Below are positions 1-8,404 of a stretch of 64,000 nucleotides of DNA, piece by piece. The translations under genes and the position numbers were made by a program. The notes below the pieces were generated by a model that worked only from the letters and a program-made list of their open reading frames with translations, did no database searches and was not told the origin of the DNA. Numbering within the stretch: the stretch's first letter is position 1; every line of letters starts with the position of its first letter. The stretch comes from Clostridia bacterium (GTDB lineage Bacteria; Bacillota; Clostridia; Oscillospirales; CAG-272): assembly GCA_017472695.1 (NCBI GenBank), contig JAFUOQ010000010.1, forward strand, positions 22,187 through 86,186, written 5' to 3'.

Positions 1-1
1 G

Positions 2-400
2 GCACTTTTGGCGACACTCGCAGCTATAAAGAAATCGCTTTCCTCAATTGGCGAAGCAAAGGAAACCTTTAAAAAGGAATCAAAATCAAGAGAGGAGAGC
101 TTTAAAAAAGAGAGTGAGCTACTTGCTAAAAAGGCAGAGGAGTTAGAAAAGGTTGCTTCCCTTGTGCCAAAGCTTCAGGAGGAGATTTTGGTGCTTGAAA
201 GGAACACCCAGTCACTAATTTCTGAATGTGCTAATTTGGGCAAAATGATTTCCCTCGGCTTTAGTCAGGACGAAAGAGTGGTTTCAAGTGGAAACGGAAA
301 GAAAATAAGCAAGCTACTAAAAAGCTGTCAGCTCCTTTCCTCAAATGGGACAGAAAAGATAGAAAACGACGAGCAAGCAACAGAGGAAGCACTTATTTAA
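2..400 (+). CDS. Hypothetical coiled-coil protein, 5' end outside window
   Basis: Frame is open from position 2 with no stop before the listed TTG at 8. K/E-rich heptad-like sequence (KESKSREESFKKESELLAKKAEELEK). No catalytic motif recognised. Confidence 0.4.
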   Translation, partial: ALLATLAAIKKSLSSIGEAKETFKKESKSREESFKKESELLAKKAEELEKVASLVPKLQEEILVLERNTQSLISECANLGKMISLGFSQDERVVSSGNGKKISKLLKSCQLLSSNGTEKIENDEQATEEALI

Positions 401-412
401 GGAGGAAAAAAT

Positions 413-820
413 ATGAAAAAAATCAAATTGCCACTCCTTTATATGGCTTCATTTTTGTGTAGCATTCTGCCTGTTTTAGTTTATTTTCTTGTAAATTTCG
501 ACACATATGTAAATACAACGCCCGAAAGATTTAAATTACTTTTTGGCGCTGTATTGGTTGCTGGAATTTTAATTGTCAAGGCGGTAGGGGCTTTGAAAAT
601 CAAGTCGGGCATTGTCTTTTTTGGTGTCGCCTTTATTCTTGCTTACCTACTAGAGAGCGTGGTTAACGATATTTTAATTTTTTCTTTCCTTGCTTTAGTT
701 GGAGAAATTTTATCAGTTATAGTTAGAATTTTTATCAAGCGCGAGAAGGAAAAAATAGCCACACAAAAGGGTGAGGAGCTAATCGAACGCGCGCTTAATA
801 AATCAAGCGGAAGGGTATAA
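413..820 (+). CDS. Small integral membrane protein, unknown function
   Basis: 135-aa ORF with GGAGG at 401-405 upstream of the ATG. Three or four hydrophobic helices followed by a charged tail. Confidence 0.5.
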   Translation: MKKIKLPLLYMASFLCSILPVLVYFLVNFDTYVNTTPERFKLLFGAVLVAGILIVKAVGALKIKSGIVFFGVAFILAYLLESVVNDILIFSFLALVGEILSVIVRIFIKREKEKIATQKGEELIERALNKSSGRV

Positions 821-821
821 A

Positions 822-1697
822 ATGAAAAAGACCAATTTTTTAGAGCTCTTTTATAAAAACGCGGGCTATGTCGCTGTAATTTTAATATCTCTCGCTTATA
901 TAGCGGGTAGCTTTATTATGATTTCCGCAACAGGAAAAACAGTTTATGAAATAATTGCCGGTGGCATTATCAGTATGATTGTAGGGCTACTTATAAACGG
1001 AGTTTTTCGCTCGGTAGGGCTTCGACGAGGGGAAGAGGACGAAAAGACCGTTTCAACAGCTAACCTCTACGCAGAAACTCTTGATGGCGTTGTCCCCCAC
1101 ATAGATAAGCTACAGGATTTTTGTGATGTAGAAAATGTGCGCGCCTTGTCCACTATAAGAAAAAAGATTTTGGCGCGAGCAGGTATGAAATATGATGATT
1201 GCTTTGATGAAAACGGAGTTGTAAGGTGCTTTGACTATGAGCTATATCGCGATGAGCAAATTGAAAATGCAAGCAAAAGGCAAAGACGAAAATACCTAAA
1301 AATAAACAGGCAGAGAAGGCGCGCCTATAATAAAGCGGTAGGGGTGAAAATCAAACAGCTTTCCCCAGCTATTTTAACCTCTGACAATGTCAAGGAAAAT
1401 GACCCCTTTGACTTTGGAAAAAGCAAAAAGGAGTATAGCTCCCAGCAGAATATATCCGATATTGCATCGCGCGTTGTTATGGCAATAATCTTTGGATATT
1501 TCGGTGTTTCCTTGGCTAGTGAAATCAATTTAGCGGTGCTCATTTGGAACACAATGCAAATTGTAATGTACATAGCCTCGGGTGTTGTTCAAATGTATAC
1601 AACCTATACGTGGATAGTCAATGACCACCGAATAGGCGTGATTAAAAAAATCGACTGTTTGCAAAAATTCAAGCTGTGGTCTGAAAAAAGGCTATAA
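822..1697 (+). CDS. Membrane protein with long basic central loop, unknown function
   Basis: 291-aa ORF abutting the previous stop. N-terminal and C-terminal TM pairs flank an R/K-rich soluble segment (KRQRRKYLKINRQRRRAYNK). Confidence 0.5.
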   Translation: MKKTNFLELFYKNAGYVAVILISLAYIAGSFIMISATGKTVYEIIAGGIISMIVGLLINGVFRSVGLRRGEEDEKTVSTANLYAETLDGVVPHIDKLQDFCDVENVRALSTIRKKILARAGMKYDDCFDENGVVRCFDYELYRDEQIENASKRQRRKYLKINRQRRRAYNKAVGVKIKQLSPAILTSDNVKENDPFDFGKSKKEYSSQQNISDIASRVVMAIIFGYFGVSLASEINLAVLIWNTMQIVMYIASGVVQMYTTYTWIVNDHRIGVIKKIDCLQKFKLWSEKRL

Positions 1698-1807
1698 TAC
1701 AAGGGTAAAACCAATAAATAACATTCACTTTATATATAAATAATATTGACATTTTTTTCGCCAAGTGTTAAAATAAATCATATATAATCATCACTCGGAG
1801 GCGGAAG

Positions 1808-2656
1808 ATGGAAAACGAGAAAATTTTAGCCCTTCAAAAAATTGCAACAGAGATTAGGCTCGGCATTGTTGAAGCGGTATTTAATGCAAAATCAGGTCAC
1901 CCAGGTGGAGCACTTTCAAGTGCAGATATTTTGGCGTGCCTATATTTTTCAGAACTAAATGTTGATGTTAATAACCCAAAGGACGAGAATCGTGACCGCT
2001 TTGTTATGTCAAAGGGACATTCCTGCCCAGGACTTTATTCAGCTCTTGCTCTAAAGGGCTATTTCCCAGCCACGGAATTGAAGTCATTTAGACATACAGG
2101 CGCTCTTTTACAGGGTCACCCTGATATGAAGGCGATTAGTGGCGTTGATATGTCAGCAGGCTCACTAGGACAAGGCTTTTCTTGCGCTTGCGGTATGGCA
2201 CTTGCAGCAAAATTAAATGGCAAGGATTATAGAACCTATGCTCTTGTTGGTGATGGTGAGAGCCAAGAGGGACAGGTTTGGGAGGCGATTATGTTCGCAG
2301 CTCACTACAAGCTTGATAACCTCTGCTTGATAATTGATAATAACGGGCTCCAAATCGACGGACGTGTCTCTGATGTTATGAACACAATGCCTTATGAAAG
2401 CAAGCTAGAGGCGTTCGGCTGGAATGTTATTACAATTGACGGACACAATATTGAAGAAATTTTAGACGCATTCAAAAAGGCAAAGCGGGTAAAGGGTAAG
2501 CCAACTGCAATAGTTGCAAAAACTGTAAAGGGTAAGGGCGTTTCCTTTATGGAGGACCAAGCATCCTGGCATGGTAAAGCACCTAACGAGGAGCAATATA
2601 ACCAAGCAATGGCAGAGCTTACTGCCTACAAAAATTCTTTAGGGGGTAACAACTAA
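1808..2656 (+). CDS. Transketolase, N-terminal (TPP-binding) subunit
   Basis: 282 aa with GHPGGALSSADIL and GDGESQEG motifs. RBS GGAGG lies upstream. The gene abuts the C-terminal subunit gene (split tkt). Confidence 0.9.
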   Translation: MENEKILALQKIATEIRLGIVEAVFNAKSGHPGGALSSADILACLYFSELNVDVNNPKDENRDRFVMSKGHSCPGLYSALALKGYFPATELKSFRHTGALLQGHPDMKAISGVDMSAGSLGQGFSCACGMALAAKLNGKDYRTYALVGDGESQEGQVWEAIMFAAHYKLDNLCLIIDNNGLQIDGRVSDVMNTMPYESKLEAFGWNVITIDGHNIEEILDAFKKAKRVKGKPTAIVAKTVKGKGVSFMEDQASWHGKAPNEEQYNQAMAELTAYKNSLGGNN

Positions 2657-3600
2657 TGGCAGATAAGATAGCAACAAGAGAAGCCTATGGCAATGCCTTG
2701 GCAGAGCTGGGCGAGATAAATAAGGACATTGTTGTTTTGGATGCGGACTTGGCAGAGGCAACAAAAACCTGTATCTTTAAAAAGAAATTTCCCGAGAGAT
2801 TTATTGACTGTGGTATTGCAGAAAATAATATGTTTTCAGTAGCTGCAGGTCTTTCTACCTGTGGTAAAATTCCTTTTGCAAGCACATTTGCTATGTTTGC
2901 AGCAGGACGTAGCTTTGACCAAGTTAGAAACTCAATAGGTTACCCACACTTAAACGTTAAAATTTGTGCAACTCACGCAGGTATTTCAGTAGGCGAGGAC
3001 GGTGCAACCCACCAATGCAACGAGGATATCGCGCTTATGCGTACAATTCCAGGTATGGTTGTTATCAACCCAAGTGATGGTGTTGAGGCTCGTGCAGCAG
3101 TTATGGCAGCGGTTGAATATAACGGCCCTGTATATATTCGCTTTGGCAGACTTGCACTTCCTATTATCAACAATAACGAGGGCTATAAATTTGAAATTGG
3201 CAAGGCTATTAAAATGGCAGAGGGCACAGATGTTACTATTGTTGCTAACGGTATGATGGTATCAGAAGCACTTGAGGCTAAAAAAATCCTTGCTGAGGAG
3301 GGTATCTCCGCTTCAGTTATCAACGCGCATACAGTTAAGCCACTTGATGTCGAAACCATAGTAAGCGACGCAAAGAAAACAGGCGCAGTAGTGGTTAGTG
3401 AGGAGCACAATATTATCGGAGGCCTATGCTCAGCAGTTGCCGAGGCAATAGGCGAAAATTATCCGGTTCCTGTTGTGCGCCACGGCGTTGAGGATGTATT
3501 CGGTAAGAGCGGCCCTGCAAAGGAGCTTATCGAATACTACGGACTAAACGCAAAGGGAATAGTAGAGAAGGCAAAGAAGGCAATAAGCTTAAAGAAATAA
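2656..3600 (+). CDS. Transketolase, C-terminal (pyrimidine-binding) subunit
   Basis: 314 aa. The start overlaps the upstream stop (TAATG). Typical tkt C-half sequence (GIAENNM, THAGISVGEDGATHQ). Confidence 0.9.
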   Translation: MADKIATREAYGNALAELGEINKDIVVLDADLAEATKTCIFKKKFPERFIDCGIAENNMFSVAAGLSTCGKIPFASTFAMFAAGRSFDQVRNSIGYPHLNVKICATHAGISVGEDGATHQCNEDIALMRTIPGMVVINPSDGVEARAAVMAAVEYNGPVYIRFGRLALPIINNNEGYKFEIGKAIKMAEGTDVTIVANGMMVSEALEAKKILAEEGISASVINAHTVKPLDVETIVSDAKKTGAVVVSEEHNIIGGLCSAVAEAIGENYPVPVVRHGVEDVFGKSGPAKELIEYYGLNAKGIVEKAKKAISLKK

Positions 3601-3610
3601 CATAATTAAA

Positions 3611-3640
3611 GGGTGCACCAAATAGGCGCACCCTTTGTTG
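3611..3640 (+). terminator. Intrinsic terminator of the tkt operon
   Basis: GGGTGC-N10-GCACCC hairpin followed by TTTGTTG. Confidence 0.7.
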
Positions 3641-3961
3641 TAAATGTAGGGGACACATTGACACTCGAAAACTTGTTTTCGTTAGTGGAAAGCGTACAAG
3701 GGAGTACGGCGACTCGTAGGGGCTGCTCCTCCCAAAAGCTTTTTAGATCCATTCGACTCGCGTTCGCTCGCTCAGGATGACGTAACTTACAACGTCATTC
3801 CGAGCCTGTCGAGGAATCTAAAAAGGGAAAATAATATAATAAATTGTAGGAGAGGGCTTGCTCCTTTCGAAAATAATGAAACAATCAAACAAAACGGGAG
3901 GATGATATCCTCCCCTACAAAAAACACAAAAGAATGTAGGGGAGGCAATCTGCCTCCCTTT
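3641..3961. repeat. REP/BIME-like cluster of hairpin modules (C, D, A+B palindromic unit, E, F, G)
   Basis: Seven modules make up this cluster, each with a copy at 21545-21950:
- C: GTAGGGGACACATTGACACTC at 3647
- D: CGTTAGTGGAAAGCGTACAAGGGAG at 3680
- A: TAGATCCATTCGACTCGC..CTCAGGATGACGTA at 3744-3784
- B: ACGTCATTCCGAGCCTGTCGAGGAATCT at 3792-3819
- E: ATTGTAGGAGAGGGCTTGCTCC at 3843
- F: GGGAGGATGATATCCTCCCCTACA at 3896-3919
- G: GTAGGGGAGGCAATCTGCCTCCC at 3936-3958. Confidence 0.9.
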
Positions 3962-4456
3962 TTAATTCAATTTTATCGCCTCTATCACAATATCAAACTC
4001 GTATTTATCAGAGAAGATTTCTATTCTTTTTGGTAAATCGTTTTCACCTATTGTGATTTTATATGTGCCGAGTGTATTATTAAATTCCATACAGGCGCTG
4101 GATTTGTCAGGGGTGGCAGAGGCAAGGCTACTTTCCTCCAAGGAAAACATAGCAAGGATTGCCGAAACCCCGCTTAAATTATCGCTATCAAACGGAATTT
4201 CAACCTCGCCTGCACGCCCAATGATTTTTCCGTCAGTCTCTATAAAGGAAACAGAAGAAAGCTCCTCGGGATATAAAAACTGCAAGGAGCGAACACCCTC
4301 TTTTTTTGATACTGCCAGCTTATATTCGCCATTGAGAGAGCACTCTGCGTAAATGTCACCCTCTTGATACGATAAAATTCCATAGCTTTGTCCATGGCAC
4401 GAGGAAAGCACCAAGGAAAAAAGCAAAATAGACATAAAAATAGCAACCTTTTTCAT
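3962..4456 (-). CDS. Putative lipoprotein, unknown function
   Basis: 164 aa. Signal peptide with lipobox-like LSSC (MKKVAIFMSILLFSLVLSSCHG). Confidence 0.6.
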   Translation of the reverse strand: MKKVAIFMSILLFSLVLSSCHGQSYGILSYQEGDIYAECSLNGEYKLAVSKKEGVRSLQFLYPEELSSVSFIETDGKIIGRAGEVEIPFDSDNLSGVSAILAMFSLEESSLASATPDKSSACMEFNNTLGTYKITIGENDLPKRIEIFSDKYEFDIVIEAIKLN

Positions 4457-4496
4457 ATTTTCACCTCATAAAAACTATATGAGGCAAAAAATAGAT

Positions 4497-6806
4497 TTAT
4501 TCAAAAAGAATAACTATAACGCTTGTATCATCATTTGATTTATTATGAATTTTTGCAAGCTCTAAAATCTCGTTAGCAATTTTCTCGGTGTCTTGTGACT
4601 CTGTTTCCATCAGATAATTGTTTAGCCAATGGGTGTCACCCTTGCCGGATGCCACACCATCACTTAACATAACGCAAATATCCCCCTTTTCAAAATAGAA
4701 CGAGAGTCTTTCTGCATCTAGGCTTCTCATAATTCCGATAGGTGCAGTTTTGGAAAGGAGCTTAAATACCTTTTCGCCTCGTTTAATAAACGATGGAGAT
4801 GCGCCACTCTTTAAAAAGCTTGCACCCCTGCCGATAAGGTCAATTTCTAATAGGTCAACACTTGACGAGCACTCCATATTTTTTGAGCGCACAAAGTTAT
4901 TAAGGATAGAGAGGGCAACCTCCTTTTCACTTGAAACCTTTAATATTTTTTCAAGGAAGCTGGTACACATTTCCGAGGTTAATCGCGCCTCGTCACCTGT
5001 GCCCATACCGTCGCAAATTAAGAAGTATTCCTTATCATTTATTCCCTTAAAGGTTATAACGCTATCTCCGTTTGGCTCCTTGCCGGCAGAGAGGGATTTT
5101 ATGGTGCTTTTTGTTTTATATGCGGCTGTGCCATTTATTTCAAGAGAGTAGTGTCCTAAATGCTCGCTAATAATTGGACTTTCTAAAGGAATACCAAGCT
5201 CGCTTTCTAATTTTGCGCGTAGCTCCTCCTTTGTACAGCCTGTCCTTTTTGTGTCAACGCCTGTTGCTATAATATGCTTTTTAGCCCCACCCTTGACCTC
5301 AATTTTTTCATAAACAAGACCAAGCGAGGAGGCAACACGCATAGCTGTGTCGCAATACCTTGAATTTTCCTCGTCGTTTTCCTCGTTTCCTGCAAAAATT
5401 GCATTTAGCATTTTGGAGGTCAATTCAAAATTGCTTGCGCTAATGCTTAAACGGTCGTTTTTAATGCTATCTCTCACTATATTTTTTGATTTTTTAGAAA
5501 TGTCCTCGGTGATTTTTTCGACGTTTGGACAACGGTGTATAAACTTTTCCTCAAGTGCGCGATATTCTACCTCGTTTTTTAAAAGTGCCTCGTCGCTCAT
5601 TTTTAAAATGTTTGTTTTTGTCGTTTCAACATCACGCGTCCAGCATATTTCGTTTTTTGGACAGGAGTAGCAATAGCCCTCGCATACCTCAAAGCACATT
5701 TTTTCAAAGCCCTTTCTTGTTGGATTTTTTGTTTTGCTTGCAATCTCGTAAAGCATTTTTGAAATATCCTCAAACGATTCAGACATATTCTTTAGGCTTG
5801 TTCTCGTTTTTTCGTCTTGTCGTTCGAGCACTATTTCGCTAACTGTTTTTGATTTGCTTTCAAGCCTTAAAAATGAAGGGCGTGGCAAAAGCTCAAATCT
5901 CAAGACAGGATACATAATGAGTGAAGCACCCAGAATTTCTGGTGCTAAATATGCTATTGCCTCGTATCCGCTTGTGAAAATTCCGTATCCCATAACCACG
6001 ATAAAAGCGCACATAATGGCAAGATATGAGGATAATTTAAAAATAAGCCCTGCCACAATTCCCCCAAGTGCAAAAACAGGAGCAAAGGTGACATTAGCGC
6101 AAAGCCCTAAAATAGCGCCCAAGGTGGCAGATGCACCAAGCGAAAGATTTTTAGATGCGTACAAAACCAGCGCATAGGAAATGACTATTGAAAAATCAAT
6201 ACCACCAATTTCTTTGCCTCTTAAAAGATATATAATAGCAAACGCGAAGGTGCAAAAGGAAATTAAATATCCCTTGTCACGCTTGCCCTCAAAGGCACCG
6301 GAAAAGCCGTAGGAAATAAGGGGCGAAATAGCAGAGAAGAAAACAAGTGCGAAAATGTCATAAAACATATATCCATTTACAATTACATAATAAATCCCAA
6401 CGCCAAAGGAAACAGCCAAGGAAATAAAAATACGTGCGCTGATGTTTTCTTCAAACAAGCCATTGAAAATATTTCGGTGCTGGCGCTGATCGAGTAGTGG
6501 TGCACCCTCGTTTTCTGGCTTTTTAATTAAAGAGGCAATAAGCCTTAAAACTAAAATTACCGATAATGCAATGATATAAACGAGGTCGCTATCCATAAAA
6601 AAGAAAACAGATAAAATAGCGCCCGCGTATGCAAAAATTGTGTATTTTGTAGTTGCACACAAAAGCGCAATCCCAAAGGGATAAATTCCAAGGGCAAAGC
6701 GCAACGGGGTTAAGAAAAAGCCCAGAGCAAAGCAGAGGCACTCCCATAAAACCATTTTAACCTCGTTTGTTAATTTAATCTTTTTAAGTATGTTTATTTT
6801 TTGCAT
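4497..6806 (-). CDS. spoIIE: Stage II sporulation protein E (PP2C-type phosphatase with polytopic N-terminus)
   Basis: 769 aa with about 10 N-terminal TM helices. C-terminal PP2C block (FLICDGMGTGDEA ... MLSDGV ... NDDTSVIV). Confidence 0.85.
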   Translation of the reverse strand: MQKINILKKIKLTNEVKMVLWECLCFALGFFLTPLRFALGIYPFGIALLCATTKYTIFAYAGAILSVFFFMDSDLVYIIALSVILVLRLIASLIKKPENEGAPLLDQRQHRNIFNGLFEENISARIFISLAVSFGVGIYYVIVNGYMFYDIFALVFFSAISPLISYGFSGAFEGKRDKGYLISFCTFAFAIIYLLRGKEIGGIDFSIVISYALVLYASKNLSLGASATLGAILGLCANVTFAPVFALGGIVAGLIFKLSSYLAIMCAFIVVMGYGIFTSGYEAIAYLAPEILGASLIMYPVLRFELLPRPSFLRLESKSKTVSEIVLERQDEKTRTSLKNMSESFEDISKMLYEIASKTKNPTRKGFEKMCFEVCEGYCYSCPKNEICWTRDVETTKTNILKMSDEALLKNEVEYRALEEKFIHRCPNVEKITEDISKKSKNIVRDSIKNDRLSISASNFELTSKMLNAIFAGNEENDEENSRYCDTAMRVASSLGLVYEKIEVKGGAKKHIIATGVDTKRTGCTKEELRAKLESELGIPLESPIISEHLGHYSLEINGTAAYKTKSTIKSLSAGKEPNGDSVITFKGINDKEYFLICDGMGTGDEARLTSEMCTSFLEKILKVSSEKEVALSILNNFVRSKNMECSSSVDLLEIDLIGRGASFLKSGASPSFIKRGEKVFKLLSKTAPIGIMRSLDAERLSFYFEKGDICVMLSDGVASGKGDTHWLNNYLMETESQDTEKIANEILELAKIHNKSNDDTSVIVILFE

Positions 6807-6860
6807 AATACCTCCCTAAAGTATTTTTCTTTCATTATAGCTACTTTAAATGGAGCATTT

Positions 6861-6960
6861 TGTCACTGTGTAGTGTCAAAAAAGAGTGAAAAACAAAGCA
6901 AAATGCGAGTATTGGCAAAAAGAAATATTTTAAGGTGTCAAAATGTCAAGACAGGTCGAT
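6861..6960. promoter_or_regulatory. Cluster of TGTCA(A/C)-type boxes upstream of spoIIE (possible Spo0A boxes)
   Basis: TGTCACT at 6861, TGTCAAA at 6874, TGTCAAA at 6936, TGTCAAG at 6944, GGTCGAT at 6954. They resemble the 0A box TGNCGAA. spoIIE is Spo0A-dependent in Bacillus. Confidence 0.25.
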
Positions 6961-7075
6961 GAAAAAATACATAAATTATATGAAATACGCATAGATTATT
7001 TCGATATTTTTATTGTATTTGGATTTTAAAGATGATATAATTTAATTGTTGCATATAGCACCAAAGGAGAAATCA

Positions 7076-7561
7076 ATGTCAAGAGAAATTACATGCTGCT
7101 TCACAGGTCACAGGCATCTAGGGAGCGATTTTAAAAAAGAAAATTTAAAGGGCGCAATAGAAAATTTGATTGAAAAGGGCGTCAAGATTTTTATAGCAGG
7201 TGGTGCGCTTGGGTTTGATACCGAGGCTGCGCTTGAGGTCCTTCGCCAAAAAAAGGCAGGCAAGGACGTTGCGCTTCATATATATGCACCCTGTAATAAT
7301 CAGGCAGTGCGCTTTTCGTTTAAAGAAAAGTGGATATATAAAAAGATTTTAAAGCATGCCGACTATGTGGATATGCCACCTCAACCATATTTCAATGGCT
7401 GTATGAAGATAAGAAACTATAAAATGGTAGATGCTTCCAGCTATGTAATTGCTTATTACACAGGAGAATTTAAAAGTGGCACAGGTCAAACAGTGAGATA
7501 CGCACAAAGGTCTGGGCTTGAAATAACCAATCTTTGTACTAACCTAAAAGAGGATTTTTAA
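7076..7561 (+). CDS. DUF1273/YpsA-like SLOG-family protein
   Basis: ATG at 7076 is preceded by AAAGGAGA; the listed TTG at 7046 is rejected. Motifs ITCCFTGHR and FIAGGALGFDT. Confidence 0.6.
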   Translation: MSREITCCFTGHRHLGSDFKKENLKGAIENLIEKGVKIFIAGGALGFDTEAALEVLRQKKAGKDVALHIYAPCNNQAVRFSFKEKWIYKKILKHADYVDMPPQPYFNGCMKIRNYKMVDASSYVIAYYTGEFKSGTGQTVRYAQRSGLEITNLCTNLKEDF

Positions 7562-7562
7562 T

Positions 7563-8153
7563 ATGGAAAAAATCAGTTGGCGCGGTGGGGCTTTGGTTGC
7601 TCCTGTCCCTGCTGTTATGGTGTCACTTGGAGATATGGAAAGGTCGAATATAATTACTGTTGCGTGGTGTGGTATTACTAATACTGTTCCACCAAAAACA
7701 TATATTTCCGTTCGTCCCGAAAGGCATTCATATAATATACTAAAGGAAAGAAAGGAATTTGTTATAAATCTGACACCTGCTAATTTAACTAAAAAAGCAG
7801 ACTTTTGTGGAATGTACACAGGCAGAAGGATTGACAAATTCAAGGAGTGTGGCTTTACAAAGGAAAAGGCGACAAAAATAGATGCCCCAATGATAGGGGA
7901 GTGCCCAATTTCAATAGAGTGTAGGGTTACTGATATAATCAAGCTCGGCTCACACGATATGTTCCTTGCCGACATTTTGGCAGTCAATGTTGAAAAAGCA
8001 CTTTTAGAGGGCAACAAGCTTTGTATAAATCGCGCACACCTATGTGCATTTGCTCACGGTGAGTATTATAAATTAGGCGAAAGAATAGGCAAATTTGGAT
8101 TTTCAGTAAAAAAGAAAAAACCTATAAACAAAAAGCAATCCCCCACCTACTAA
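7563..8153 (+). CDS. Flavin reductase-like FMN-binding protein; C-terminus rewritten by repeat insertion
   Basis: 196 aa. Split-barrel flavin reductase-like N-terminus (NIITVAWCGITNTVPPKTYISVRPERHSY..EFVINL). The last 10 codons are encoded by an inserted element (8123-8153). Confidence 0.7.
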   Translation: MEKISWRGGALVAPVPAVMVSLGDMERSNIITVAWCGITNTVPPKTYISVRPERHSYNILKERKEFVINLTPANLTKKADFCGMYTGRRIDKFKECGFTKEKATKIDAPMIGECPISIECRVTDIIKLGSHDMFLADILAVNVEKALLEGNKLCINRAHLCAFAHGEYYKLGERIGKFGFSVKKKKPINKKQSPTY

Positions 8154-8231
8154 CGTAGGAGCCCCCTTTGCACAAGGGAGCCAAGGCGAAAGAATAGGCA
8201 AATTTGGATTTTCAGTAAAAAAGAAAAAACC
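8075..8231 (+). repeat. 61-bp double-hairpin element (8123-8183) flanked by a perfect ~48-bp direct duplication of the host CDS 3' end (8075-8122 and 8184-8231)
   Basis: AGGCGAAAGAATAGGCAAATTTGGATTTTCAGTAAAAAAGAAAAAACC occurs twice. Between the copies lies TATAAACAAAAAG-CAATCCC-CCACCTAC TAAC GTAGG-AGCCCCCTTTGCACAAGGGAGCCA. Reading through the second copy gives an alternative end ..KKKKPQQKKK-TAA at 8250. Confidence 0.9.
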
Positions 8232-8255
8232 ACAACAAAAGAAAAAATAAAATAA

Positions 8256-8365
8256 GCCTTCTCCAGTGGGCGATTCCCCTGCGAGGGGAAATGTCGCAAT
8301 GCGACAAAAGGGTTGCCGTCCTGCAAGGAAAGGTGGATTTTGCAAAGCAAAAGACGGATGAGGTG
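8256..8365. repeat. REP-like hairpin modules (includes module H)
   Basis: TTCCCCT-GCG-AGGGGAA at 8274-8290. TGTCGCA-A-TGCGACA at 8292-8306. GGTGGATTTTGCAAAGCAAAAGACGGATGAGG at 8332-8363 matches 21787-21815. Confidence 0.8.
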
Positions 8366-8404
8366 TCTTGTCCGTTAAAAATAATAAACAAGGAGAAAAC
8401 AAAA

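Noticed and set aside
8291-8404. N-terminal extension of the SGNH hydrolase ORF (listed start 8291); analogous extensions at 7046 (DUF1273), 28107 (ybaK-like), 33290 (accB), 45723 (glyA), 48018 (rnr), 20432 (lipoprotein) and 41342 (thioesterase)
   Set aside because: Internal ATGs with properly spaced AGGAG-type RBSs match the conserved protein N-termini. The extensions cover repeats, promoters or the upstream gene.
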